In this document: positions 10,233 to 22,850 of the stretch, piece by piece
Numbering within the stretch: position 1 is the first letter of the stretch
How the letters are laid out: the number at the start of each line of letters is the position of its first letter
Origin: Polyangiales bacterium
Lineage (GTDB): Bacteria; Myxococcota_A; Polyangia; Polyangiales; Ga0077539
Direction: 5' to 3'
Assembly (NCBI GenBank): GCA_046351555.1
Contig: JAXLYI010000006.1
Coordinates: 314,284-378,283 of the forward strand
Length of the DNA stretch: 64,000 bases
Position numbers and translations under genes: made by a program
The notes under the pieces: model-generated
Database searches by the model: none
What the model was told of the DNA's origin: nothing
What the model saw: only the letters and a program-made list of their open reading frames with translations

Positions 10233-11252
10233 TCAGTCGCGCGGGTCGTCGAGCCCGAGCGCGCGCTCGGCCAGGAGGCACGCACCGCCGAGCGCCGCCA
10301 GGCCCACCAGCAGCGCGAAGAACAGCAGCGACGTCGCCACCGCCGCGTCGGGCCGCACCCCCACCAGCCCGAACATGTACTGGAACACCAGCTCCCGCTG
10401 CCCCACGCCCCCCGGCGTGAGCGGCACGTACGTCGCCAGGATCACCGCCGGCACCACCCGCGCGCACACCAGGAACGACACCCCCGGCGCGAGCGGCCGC
10501 ACCAGCAGCGCCACCGACACCACGGCCATCCCCTGCGTCCCCACCGACTGGAGCACCGAGAGCGCGAGCCCCGCGTACGAGCGCGGCGAGGGCACGCCGA
10601 GCAGGAGCCCCCCGAGCACCGGCACCCGCCCCACCAGCGCGCGCAGGCCGTCGAAGCGCTTGAGCGCCCACGGCGCCGTGAGCACCGCCGCCGAGAGCCC
10701 GAGCGCGCCGAGCAGCCCCGCCTCGAGCAGCGTCGCCACCGCGTCGTCGCGCATCTCGTCGCCGAGCAGCATCGCCGTCGCCGCCACGATGCACAGCCCG
10801 AACAGCCCCGCCACGCGCTCGAGGAACGCCACCGTCAGCGACGACGCCATGTCGGGCATCGCCCGCGGCACCACGCGGTGCGCGCGCACCCCGTCGCCCG
10901 CCACGCCGCTTGGGAGCATGTTGAAATAGAGCCCCACCAGGTAGTGCCGCAGCAGCGTCGGGAGCGGCGGCGTCGCGGTCGCCCCGTACGCGCGCATCAT
11001 CGTGCGCCAGCGCGCCGAGGCGATGGCCGTCGACGCGAGCACCGCGCCGAAGGCGAGCGCGAGGTTGCCCGGGCCCACGTCGCGCGCCCGCGCCAGCACG
11101 TCGGCCCAGGCCACGCGCCGCGTGAGCCACGCGATGGGGAGCAGCGCGAAGAGCGCGCGCAGCGCGGTGCCGGCCGGGCCCTTCCACAGGGCGGCGAGGC
11201 GCGAGGGGGGCGCGGCGGCCTCGGGCGCCGGCGGCGGGTCGGGGGGGCTCAC
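10233..11252 (-). CDS. Integral membrane protein of the lysylphosphatidylglycerol-synthase TM-region / UPF0104 (flippase-like) family.
   Basis: It has about 8 predicted TM helices and the family-typical motif LRHYLVGLYFNMLPSGVAGDGVRA. It is directly downstream of the kinase gene at 11254..13548, on the same strand. Confidence 0.65.
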   Translation of the reverse strand: MSPPDPPPAPEAAAPPSRLAALWKGPAGTALRALFALLPIAWLTRRVAWADVLARARDVGPGNLALAFGAVLASTAIASARWRTMMRAYGATATPPLPTLLRHYLVGLYFNMLPSGVAGDGVRAHRVVPRAMPDMASSLTVAFLERVAGLFGLCIVAATAMLLGDEMRDDAVATLLEAGLLGALGLSAAVLTAPWALKRFDGLRALVGRVPVLGGLLLGVPSPRSYAGLALSVLQSVGTQGMAVVSVALLVRPLAPGVSFLVCARVVPAVILATYVPLTPGGVGQRELVFQYMFGLVGVRPDAAVATSLLFFALLVGLAALGGACLLAERALGLDDPRD

Positions 11253-11253
11253 G

Positions 11254-13548
11254 CTACGAAGAGAAATCCATGCGGACGGGCTGGCGCGAGCCCGGCGCGA
11301 CGGTGATCGTCTGCGTGCGGGTGCCGCGCTCGGGGTTGACGCAGCGGACGGTGTGGCGCCCCGGCGCGAGCGGGATGTCGCGCGTCGGCGTCTGCCCGTA
11401 CGAGCGGCCGTCGACGAAGGCCTCGCACCACGCGCCCGTCGCGCCCACGCGGATCGTGCCCGGCGTCGCGTCCTGCGGCGGTGGCGGGGGCGGAGGCGGA
11501 GGCGCGTGCGCCACGGCGTTGGCGGCGCGCGGCGCGAGGTGCATCGTGCGGACGGCCACCGTCTGCCCCGCGGCCGGGCGCAGGTAGCGGGTGACGCTCT
11601 CGTAACCGGGCGCGCTCGCGGTGACCACGAGGGGGCTCGGCCCGACCGTCACGCGCACGCGGTAGGGCCCGCCGCCGGTGAGGTCGCGCTCGCCGACGCG
11701 GAGCGACGCCGACGCGGGCTCGGTGGGCACGTTGATCCACGCCTCGTTGGGGCCGAGCGGGCGCTCGCGGAGCGCGAGGTCGCGGGCCTCGACGCGCCCG
11801 GGCGCCGCGGTGAAGGTGAAGGCCTCCTCGATGTGATCGGGGCTCCGCACCACGACCGTGTGCTCCACGCCGGGCCGCAGGTCGCGGACGGTGAGCGGCG
11901 TCACCCCGGGCGCCTCGCGGCCGTCGACGAACACCTGCGCCCCCGGCGGCGCCGTCCGCACCTCCAGCACCGCGACGGACGCGGCCGCCTCGCGCGCGAG
12001 CGTCGCGCTCACCTCGGCGCGTGTGCCGGGTGAGGGCAGCGCCACCTCGCGCTCGTCGGGCGCGTAGCCCTCCGCGGTGAGCCGGACCCGGTAGCGCGCG
12101 CGCGGGCCCGTGGCGAGGCCGGTGAGCTCGTGCGGCGTGCGGTGCGAGGTCGGCGCGCCGTCGAGCCAGACGTGCGCACCCGCGGGCTCCGAGCGAACCG
12201 CGATGACGCCGTCGTGCACCACCGCCGCGGCCGCGGGGGCCTGCGTGCGGCCGTAGACGTAGTAGCCGCCCGCGGCGAGCGCGGCGAAGGCGAGGAGGAC
12301 GCCGGCTGCCGCCCAGGGGGGCCGAGGCGAGGCGGCGCGCGGGGCGACGGAGACGGTGCCCGACACCTGACGCTCGTCGTCGTCCGCGGCGGGCGCGAGG
12401 CGGTCGGAGGCGGCCTTGGCCTCGGCGATGAGCCCGTCGTGCTCGGCGAGGCGCTCGGCGAAGAGCATGGTCATCCACTCGCCGAGGCCGACCTTCGAGA
12501 CGGGGATGTGGTCGGCGCGGGCGACGGACTCGAGGTCGGCTTGGAGCTCGCGCGCGCTCTGATAGCGGGCCGCGCGGTCGGGCGCGAGGGCCTTCACGAT
12601 CACCGCCTCGAGGGCCGGCGAGACGCGCGGGTTCACCTCCGAGGGCCGGGGGTAGTCGCCGTCGGTGATCAGCTTGATCGTGTCGGCGTCGGAGGGCGCG
12701 CGGAAGAGCCGGCGGCCGGTGCACAGCTCGAAGAGCATGATGCCGAGCGAGAAGATGTCGCTGCGGTGGTCGAGGTCGTCGCCGCGGGCCTGCTCGGGCG
12801 ACATGTACGGGATCTTCCCCTTCACCTTGCCGGGCCCGGTGCCCTCGTCGAGGGAGTTGAGGCTCACGTGCGTGTCGCGGCGCACCTCGCCCGAGGCGTG
12901 CTCGGAGCCGCGCGGGGGCGCCGTCCGCGTGGCCCCGCCCGCCACAGGCGACTCGGCCTTCACGAGCGACGCCTTGGCGATGCCGAAGTCGACCACCTTC
13001 ACGTCGCCGGTGAAGGTGACCACGACGTTCTGCGGGGAGACGTCGCGGTGGACGACGCGGAGGGGGTTGCCCTGCAGGTCCTTCTTGTCGTGCGCGTAGG
13101 CGAGGCCCGCGGCGACGCCGATCCCGACGGCGAGCGCGTGCTCGAGCGGGAACTCCGTCACCCCCTTGGGCTTCATCGCGCGGACCACGGCGCGGAGGTC
13201 CTCCCCGTGGATGTGCTCCATCGCGATGAAGAACTCGCCGTCCGCCTGCCCGACGTCGAACACCGTCACGATGTTCGCGTGGGCGAAGGTCATCGCGATG
13301 CGCGCCTCCTTGAGGAGCATCTCGACGTAGCCCTTGTCGCGGCCGTACTCGGGCAGGATGCGCTTGATCACCAGCAGCCGCTCGATGCCCGCGATCGACT
13401 TGTGGATCGCGAGGTAGAGCACCGCCATCCCGCCCGCCGCGAGCCGCCGCACCAGGGTGTACTTGCCGAAGCGACGCGGGAGCGCCTCCTCGGTGGGCGC
13501 CGGGGCGTCGGGGCTGTTCGGCGCGGGGCGCGCGGCGGCTTCGGGCAC
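11254..13548 (-). CDS. Ser/Thr protein kinase with a non-canonical catalytic loop (HRDVSPQN), an extended activation loop, one TM segment, and C-terminal PEGA domains.
   Basis: Motifs: VIKRIL (beta3 Lys), VVHRDVSPQNVVV, DFGIAKA followed by about 45 extra residues and then PYMSPEQ. PEGA-like repeats include VRSEPAGAHVWLDG...TPHEL and TAPPGAQVFVDGREAPGVTPLTV. Confidence 0.85.
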   Translation of the reverse strand: MPEAAARPAPNSPDAPAPTEEALPRRFGKYTLVRRLAAGGMAVLYLAIHKSIAGIERLLVIKRILPEYGRDKGYVEMLLKEARIAMTFAHANIVTVFDVGQADGEFFIAMEHIHGEDLRAVVRAMKPKGVTEFPLEHALAVGIGVAAGLAYAHDKKDLQGNPLRVVHRDVSPQNVVVTFTGDVKVVDFGIAKASLVKAESPVAGGATRTAPPRGSEHASGEVRRDTHVSLNSLDEGTGPGKVKGKIPYMSPEQARGDDLDHRSDIFSLGIMLFELCTGRRLFRAPSDADTIKLITDGDYPRPSEVNPRVSPALEAVIVKALAPDRAARYQSARELQADLESVARADHIPVSKVGLGEWMTMLFAERLAEHDGLIAEAKAASDRLAPAADDDERQVSGTVSVAPRAASPRPPWAAAGVLLAFAALAAGGYYVYGRTQAPAAAAVVHDGVIAVRSEPAGAHVWLDGAPTSHRTPHELTGLATGPRARYRVRLTAEGYAPDEREVALPSPGTRAEVSATLAREAAASVAVLEVRTAPPGAQVFVDGREAPGVTPLTVRDLRPGVEHTVVVRSPDHIEEAFTFTAAPGRVEARDLALRERPLGPNEAWINVPTEPASASLRVGERDLTGGGPYRVRVTVGPSPLVVTASAPGYESVTRYLRPAAGQTVAVRTMHLAPRAANAVAHAPPPPPPPPPQDATPGTIRVGATGAWCEAFVDGRSYGQTPTRDIPLAPGRHTVRCVNPERGTRTQTITVAPGSRQPVRMDFSS

Positions 13549-13645
13549 GGGCTTCTCTGCGCTTCAGCGCGGTGGGGCGGGCGTGGACGTCGGGCGAGGT
13601 GCGAGACCCCGCGCGGGCGCCATCCTACGGTTTGTCACCCCCCTG

Positions 13646-15808
<2,163 letters not shown>

Positions 15809-15924
15809 GGGTCCGTCACAAGAATCACACCCGTTCTCTGCCTTCGGGCGGCGGCCACGCTACCACCCCCGCGGACGCAGGGTCAAACGACGGATCACGC
15901 GGTTGTGATAGCGTCCCGCGCCCC

Positions 15925-17841
15925 ATGACGCGCATCGCCCTGCTGCCCCCCGACGTCGCCAACCAGATCGCCGCGGGCGAGGTGGTCGAGCGCCCCGCCT
16001 CGGTGGTGAAGGAGCTGGTGGAGAACGCCCTCGACGCCGGGGCGCAGTCGGTGACGGTCACCCTCGACGGCGGCGGCCTCGCGCGCATTTCGGTGACCGA
16101 CGACGGCTCGGGGATGGGCCCCGACGACCTGCGCCTCGCGGTGGTGCGCCACGCGACGAGCAAGATCCGCTCGGCCGACGACCTCGTGGGCGTGTCGACC
16201 TACGGCTTCCGCGGCGAGGCGCTCCCGTCGATCGCGTCGGTGTCGCGCTTCCGCGTGACGAGCCGCGCGCGCGGGAGCGACGAGGGGGCGGAGGTGGCGG
16301 TGGAGGGCGGCGCCGACGCGACACTGCGCCCCGCGGGCTGCCCGGTGGGGACGACGGTCTCCGTGGAAGACCTGTTCTTCAACACGCCGGCGCGGCGGAA
16401 GTTCATGCGGTCGCCGCAGACGGAGGGGGCGGCGTGCGTGGAGGCCGTCGTGCGAATGGCGATCCCGCGGCCGGACGTCCGCTTCGCCGTGCGGCGCGAC
16501 GGCCGCGTGGTGCGCGAGCTCCTGCGCCACCCCGACGTCGCCGCGCGGGTGCGCGAGGTGTGGCCCGACGAGAACCTCGCCGACCTCCGCGGGTCGCGCG
16601 GCCCGGTGAAGGTCACGGCCCTGCTCGGCCCCCCCGAGCGGGCCCGCGCCGGGGCCAACCACCTCGCGCTCTACGTCAACGGCCGCCACGTGCGCGACCG
16701 CGTCCTCCTGCGCGCGGTGGCGCAGGCGTACGGCTCGACCCTGGAGGGCGGGCGCTACCCGGTGGGGGCGTTGCTCCTGGAGGTGCCGCCCGAGGAGGTC
16801 GACGTCAACGTCCACCCGCAGAAGACGGAGGTGCGCTTCGCGTCGCAGGGCGCGGTGTTCGAAGCGGTCGCCGCGGTGCTGCGCGACGCCGCGGGCCCGG
16901 CCCCCTGGGCGCAGGCATCGCTGCGCCCGAGGGACTTCTGGGCCGAGCACCTCGCGACGGGCCCCGCCGTGGAGAACAAGGCCGCCGCCCTCATCGCCCG
17001 CGCCGAGGCCGAGGAGTCGGCGCCCCCCGCGCCTGCAACTTCACCCGCCCCCGCAGCAACCGAGCCCGCGTCCCCGAGCGCGCCGCCCGCAGTGACCCAC
17101 GCCTTCGTCGAGGCGCCCGCCGACCCGGCCGACCCGTGGGCCCGCATCCTCCAGGCGCCGTACCCGCCGAAGCCCTACGACCTCCCCGCGCGCGGCGCGC
17201 CGACGGCGGCGCCCGCTCCCCCCGCGCCCGCGCCGTCGTCCGCGTCCGAGCAGTTGCCGGGCGGCGGGGCCTTCGGCGCGCTCCGGTACGTCGGCCAGCT
17301 CCGGCGCATGTACCTGCTCTGCGAGAACGAGACCGGCGTGGTGATCCTCGACCAGCACGCGGCCGCCGAGCGGGTGACCTTCGAACGCCTCCGCAAGGCC
17401 TACGCCGCGCGCGCGGTGGCGATGCAGCCGATGCTCGTCCCCGAGCGCGTCGAGCTCCCGCCGGAGGACGTCGCCCTCGTCGAGGAGCGCGCCGACGACC
17501 TCGCCTCCGTGGGCATGGACCTCGCGCCGATCGGGCCCACCACGGTGGCCGTCCGCGCCGTGCCCGCGCTGCTCCTCCGGGCCGACCCGCGGCGCCTCGC
17601 GCGCGACCTCGTCAGCGAGCTCGCGCGCCAGGGCAACGACTTCTCCCGCGCCCGCGACCTCGTGCTCGCGACGATGGCCTGCCACGGCTCGGTGCGCGGC
17701 GGCGACGCGCTCGCCGACGACGAGGCGCGCGCGCTGCTGCTGGCGCTCGACGCGGTGGACTTCGGCGGCCACTGCCCGCACGGGCGGCCGGTGGTGTGGA
17801 CGGTGCGCTGGTCGGAGCTCGAGCGGAAGGTGGGGCGCTGA
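15925..17841 (+). CDS. mutL: DNA mismatch repair protein MutL.
   Basis: The N-terminal GHKL ATPase motifs are VVKELVENALDAG, DDGSGM and GFRGEALPSI. A C-terminal dimerisation region is present. It is 638 aa. Confidence 0.95.
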   Translation: MTRIALLPPDVANQIAAGEVVERPASVVKELVENALDAGAQSVTVTLDGGGLARISVTDDGSGMGPDDLRLAVVRHATSKIRSADDLVGVSTYGFRGEALPSIASVSRFRVTSRARGSDEGAEVAVEGGADATLRPAGCPVGTTVSVEDLFFNTPARRKFMRSPQTEGAACVEAVVRMAIPRPDVRFAVRRDGRVVRELLRHPDVAARVREVWPDENLADLRGSRGPVKVTALLGPPERARAGANHLALYVNGRHVRDRVLLRAVAQAYGSTLEGGRYPVGALLLEVPPEEVDVNVHPQKTEVRFASQGAVFEAVAAVLRDAAGPAPWAQASLRPRDFWAEHLATGPAVENKAAALIARAEAEESAPPAPATSPAPAATEPASPSAPPAVTHAFVEAPADPADPWARILQAPYPPKPYDLPARGAPTAAPAPPAPAPSSASEQLPGGGAFGALRYVGQLRRMYLLCENETGVVILDQHAAAERVTFERLRKAYAARAVAMQPMLVPERVELPPEDVALVEERADDLASVGMDLAPIGPTTVAVRAVPALLLRADPRRLARDLVSELARQGNDFSRARDLVLATMACHGSVRGGDALADDEARALLLALDAVDFGGHCPHGRPVVWTVRWSELERKVGR

Positions 17842-19176
<1,335 letters not shown>

Positions 19177-19306
19177 GGCGGTGTTCGCTCCCGGCGGGTC
19201 GGTCGTTGCTGCCCGGTTGATCGTCGGGAGGCGCGCCCGGCATGAGGCCCGGAGGGGGTCGACGGAATCGCTGCCAGGAAATGGACGGCGGTCGAGTGAA
19301 CGTTAT

Positions 19307-20227
19307 ATGTCCACGCCCGCCATGACCGTCCGCCCCCTGCCCGTCCTCTGCCTGGCCGCAGCGTCCGCCTTCCTGCCGCGCCTCTCCGGGGCGCAGGTAT
19401 CGACCGCGCCCGAGCTCCCGACCTCGACGCGGATGATGGCCCTCGGCGGCAACGCCCAGGCCCTCGCGCAGAGCACCTCCGGGGTCTTCTCCAACCCCGC
19501 GGCGATGAGCCTGGGGCGCACCTACCACGTCGACTCGCTCACCCTCTACGACCCCACCGTCGGGCGCTGGATGTTCGGCGGCGCGGTGGCCGACACCACC
19601 CGCATGGTGAGCGCGTCGTTCGCCTACAACTACTCGCTCATCGACGGCGCGACGGGGGTGCGCAACCACCACGACGTGCGCCTCGGGCTGAGCGTGCTGC
19701 TCACCGAAGGCATCGCGCTCGGGCTCACCGGCCGCTACATGAACCTCGGCGGCCCGCTCTCCTCGAACACGCGCCTCGGGACGGACTTCGCGGGGGTGAC
19801 CTTCGACGCCGGCGCGGTGGTGCGGCCGGTGAGCTTCCTCACCCTCGCGGTGACGGGCTACTCGCTCACCAACCCCGACACCGCGGCCTCGCCGCTCTCG
19901 ATCGGCGGCGGCATCGCGATCACCCCGGTCGAGGCGCTGAGCATCGTGGGCGACACCGTCTGGGACCTCCGCACCTACAGCGAGCCCCGGATGCGGCTGA
20001 GCGGGGGCGTGGAGTTCCTGCTCGACAAGGTGCCGCTGCGCGCGGGCTACCTCTTCGACGACACGCGCCTCGGGGGCCCGGTGCACACGGTAACCGCGGG
20101 CGTCGGGTACATCGACCGGCTCTTCGGGGCGGAGTTTTCGATGCGGCAGGACGTGGCGGGCGCGGCGCTGTCCCAGACCACCCTGATGCTCAACCTCCGG
20201 TACTTCTACAACCCGGGCTCCAGCTAG
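19307..20227 (+). CDS. Putative outer-membrane beta-barrel protein with a signal peptide.
   Basis: It begins MSTPAMTVRPLPVLCLAAASAFLPRLSGAQ, followed by alternating hydrophobic/polar beta-strand-like segments. It ends ...LNLRYFYNPGSS. It is divergent from the bEBP gene. No specific family was recognised. Confidence 0.5.
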   Translation: MSTPAMTVRPLPVLCLAAASAFLPRLSGAQVSTAPELPTSTRMMALGGNAQALAQSTSGVFSNPAAMSLGRTYHVDSLTLYDPTVGRWMFGGAVADTTRMVSASFAYNYSLIDGATGVRNHHDVRLGLSVLLTEGIALGLTGRYMNLGGPLSSNTRLGTDFAGVTFDAGAVVRPVSFLTLAVTGYSLTNPDTAASPLSIGGGIAITPVEALSIVGDTVWDLRTYSEPRMRLSGGVEFLLDKVPLRAGYLFDDTRLGGPVHTVTAGVGYIDRLFGAEFSMRQDVAGAALSQTTLMLNLRYFYNPGSS

Positions 20228-20253
20228 GAACCCCTCGACACGGGTCACTGTCT
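20227..20253 (+). promoter_or_regulatory. Candidate ECF-sigma-type promoter: GGAAC, then a 17 to 18-nt spacer, then GTCT, immediately upstream of the ECF sigma gene. The leader would be very short or absent.
   Basis: Read directly: aGGAACccctcgacacgggtcactGTCTc. The gene start (GTG/ATG) is at about 20260..20262, less than 10 nt downstream of the -10-like element. Confidence 0.3.
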
Positions 20254-20261
20254 CGGCGTAT

Positions 20262-20918
20262 GTGCCGAAGCGTGGTCCCTTCGCAGACACGGGCGGCGGC
20301 GAGGCGCTGTTCGCCGTGAGCCTCGACGCCGAGGCCGAGCGCCGGCTCGTCGAGCGGCTCAAGCGCCGCGACGAGGCCGCCTTCAACGTCTTCATGCGGA
20401 CCTACAAGGACAAGGTCTTCTCCCTCGTCCTGCGCATGCTCAACAACCGCGCCGAGGCGGAGGACCTCACCCAGGAGGTCTTCATCACCGTCTTCCGCTC
20501 GATCGACTCCTTCCGCGGCGACGCGCGGCTCAGCACCTGGCTCTACCGGGTCGCCGTCAACCACTGCAAAAACCGCGTAAAGTACCTCGACCGCCGCGGC
20601 CGGAAGAACTCCACGGAGATCGACGACGCGCCCGAGTCCGAGGTGTCCCGCGGCGGCCCCGTCACCGCCCGCGTCGACCGGCCCGACGAGGCCACCGAGG
20701 GCGTCGAGCTGCAGGACAAGATCCGCGCGGCCCTCGCCGCCATCGACGACGACCACCGCGAGCTCATCGTCCTGCGCGACCTCGAGGGCCTCGCCTACGA
20801 GGAGATCGTCCAGATCACCGGGCTCCCCGACGGCACCGTGAAGAGCCGGCTCCACCGGGCCCGCGCCGCCCTGCGCGACGCCCTCCAGCGAGGGGTAGGA
20901 TGGAAGCTCCCGCAATGA
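20262..20918 (+). CDS. ECF (group 4) RNA polymerase sigma-70 family factor.
   Basis: Region 2 reads FNVFMRTYKDKVFSLVLRMLNNRAEAEDLTQEVFITVF...STWLYRVAVNHC. Region 4 reads LIVLRDLEGLAYEEIVQITGLPDGTVKSRLHRAR. Confidence 0.9.
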   Translation: MPKRGPFADTGGGEALFAVSLDAEAERRLVERLKRRDEAAFNVFMRTYKDKVFSLVLRMLNNRAEAEDLTQEVFITVFRSIDSFRGDARLSTWLYRVAVNHCKNRVKYLDRRGRKNSTEIDDAPESEVSRGGPVTARVDRPDEATEGVELQDKIRAALAAIDDDHRELIVLRDLEGLAYEEIVQITGLPDGTVKSRLHRARAALRDALQRGVGWKLPQ

Positions 20919-21337
20919 CCGACGACGAGGCGCGCGACCTCTTCTCCGCCTACCACGACCGCGAGCTCCCGGCCGACCAGCACGAGCGCGTGCGCGCGGC
21001 CCTCGAGGCCTCGCCCGATCTGGCGAAGGAGTACGCGGCCTTCAGCGAGATGCTCGGGGCCCTCGCCAACGTCGGCGCCGAGGCCGCGCCGCCGGCCCTG
21101 GAGAAGCCCGAGGACAAGGCCCCCGACGCGATCATTGCCGGCGTCCAGCGGCGCCTCCACAAGCGCTCCGGCGGGAAGTACTACGCCGACCGCTGGTCCC
21201 GCACGGCGGGGCTCCTGCCGCTCGAGCTCATCGCCACGCTGCTGCTCGTCGGGCTGGTGGTGGCCTACGTCGCGATGACGATGGTGTCGGTGGAGTCCGC
21301 CGGTCAGGCGCCCACGCCCGCGGCGCCCGCACGGTAG
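20900..21337 (+). CDS. Anti-sigma factor (zf-HC2/RsrA-like N-terminus plus a single TM segment), overlapping the sigma gene by 19 nt.
   Basis: It begins MTDDEARDLFSAYHDRELPADQHERVRAALEASPDL. A C-terminal TM segment is LLPLELIATLLLVGLVVAYVAM. This is the typical sigma/anti-sigma arrangement. Confidence 0.7.
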   Translation: MEAPAMTDDEARDLFSAYHDRELPADQHERVRAALEASPDLAKEYAAFSEMLGALANVGAEAAPPALEKPEDKAPDAIIAGVQRRLHKRSGGKYYADRWSRTAGLLPLELIATLLLVGLVVAYVAMTMVSVESAGQAPTPAAPAR

Positions 21338-22563
21338 TCCGACACCGCGGCGAGCACCTCCTCGGTCGTGAGGACGCGGCTCTCGCCCTTGGCCCGCTTC
21401 AGGATCTCCTGCACGAGCGGGGCGTCGGGCTCGACCCGGTGCGCGCGCAGCCAGTGCTGCACGTTGCTCGCGCCGCTCATCGGGCCGATCTCGATCTCCT
21501 GCGCGCGACCGAACATCCCTGCCGGGACGCCCGAGTAGATCCGGTCGGCGAGCCAGGCGTCGCCCTTCGCCTGGGCCTTGATGATCGCCGCCGCGTGGAC
21601 GCCCGTCGACGTGCGGAAGGCGTCGGCGCCCACCACCGGGTAGTTCACCGGGATGGGCATCCCCGTGGCCTTGGAGGCGACCTCGCAGTAGCGGATGAGG
21701 GCGGTGAGGTCCTGGTGCTCGAGCGCGCCGGCGAGCTTGAGGTTGAGCAGGATGAGCTCCATCGCGGTGTTGCCCACGCGCTCGCCGATGCCGCCCGCCG
21801 TGCCGTGCACCCGGTCGACGCCCTCCTCCACCGCGATGAGCGCGTTGACGAGGCCGAGGCCGCGGTCGTTGTGGTTGTGGAAGTCGACCTTCACGTGGTG
21901 AGCGCCCATCCCCGCGAGGAGCGAGCGGGTGAAGCGGACGAGGTTGCGCACGCCGTCGGGCGTCGCGTGCCCCACCGTGTCGCAGAGGCAGAGCCGCGCG
22001 GCGCCGTGGTCGACGGCGTTCTTGAAGAGGGCCGAGAGGACCTCGGGGCGCGAGCGGATGGTGTCCTCGGTGACGTAGGCCACCGGGAGGCCGTGCTTCA
22101 CGCCGAAATCGATCGCCTCGGCGCTCGCCTTCAGGAGCCGGTCGACGTCCCAGCCCTCGGCGTAGAGCCGGATCGGCGAGCTGCCGATGAAGGTGTAGAC
22201 CTCCAGCGGGATGCCGACCTTCTGCGAGATGTCCGCCATCGGCGCGATGTCGGCCACCACCGTGCGCCCCGCCGCGGCCGGGCGGATCTTCAGCTTCGCC
22301 GAGACGATCTCCTGGCACATGCGCAGGACGTCGTCGTAGGCGCGCTTCGTCGAGCCCGGGAGCCCGATGTCGGCCGCGTGGATCCCGAGGCGGTCCATCA
22401 GGTGGATGAGCTCGAGCTTCTCCTCGATGGAGGGGTCGCGCACCGAGGGGTTCTGCAGGCCGTCGCGGAGGGTCTCGTCGAAGAACTCCACCGCGCCGAA
22501 GGGGGCGTGGCGGCGGCCCACCTCGTTCCAGTCGTAGATGAGGTCGTCGGAGGGGTGCTCCAT
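21304..22563 (-). CDS. HMGL-like 2-isopropylmalate synthase / homocitrate-citramalate synthase family protein (short LeuA form without the C-terminal regulatory domain).
   Basis: The pyruvate carboxyltransferase fold motifs are FDETLRDGLQ, CDTVGHATP and HNHNDRGLGLVNAL. It is 419 aa. Confidence 0.85.
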   Translation of the reverse strand: MEHPSDDLIYDWNEVGRRHAPFGAVEFFDETLRDGLQNPSVRDPSIEEKLELIHLMDRLGIHAADIGLPGSTKRAYDDVLRMCQEIVSAKLKIRPAAAGRTVVADIAPMADISQKVGIPLEVYTFIGSSPIRLYAEGWDVDRLLKASAEAIDFGVKHGLPVAYVTEDTIRSRPEVLSALFKNAVDHGAARLCLCDTVGHATPDGVRNLVRFTRSLLAGMGAHHVKVDFHNHNDRGLGLVNALIAVEEGVDRVHGTAGGIGERVGNTAMELILLNLKLAGALEHQDLTALIRYCEVASKATGMPIPVNYPVVGADAFRTSTGVHAAAIIKAQAKGDAWLADRIYSGVPAGMFGRAQEIEIGPMSGASNVQHWLRAHRVEPDAPLVQEILKRAKGESRVLTTEEVLAAVSDYRAGAAGVGA

Positions 22564-22640
22564 AGGGGGGCGGAGCGTAGAGGCTTCGGGGCGCGAGGGG
22601 AAGCACCCACGCCGGGCCGTGTGCTACCACCGCCCGCCGA

Positions 22641-22846
22641 TGACCCCCCGCGCCGCGCTCCTCGCCCTCGCGCTCGCCACCCTCGCCTGCGCGGGCGCCC
22701 GCCCTCGATCTGGCGCCGGGTCGATGCAGTGCGCCGACAACCAGACCGCGGTGTGCGTCACCGGGCGCGTCTGCGCGTGGGACGGCGCGCGGCAGTGCGA
22801 GCGCTGCCGCTGCGCCGACCCGTCGTACGTGCCCCTCGGGCGCTGA
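22641..22846 (+). CDS. Small Cys-rich secreted or lipoprotein, hypothetical, about 68 aa.
   Basis: It reads MTPRAALLALALATLACAG...CADNQTAVCVTGRVCAWDGARQCERCRCAD. The signal and lipobox are LATLAC. GC3 is high. No known family was recognised. Confidence 0.4.
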
Positions 22847-22850
22847 GCCT

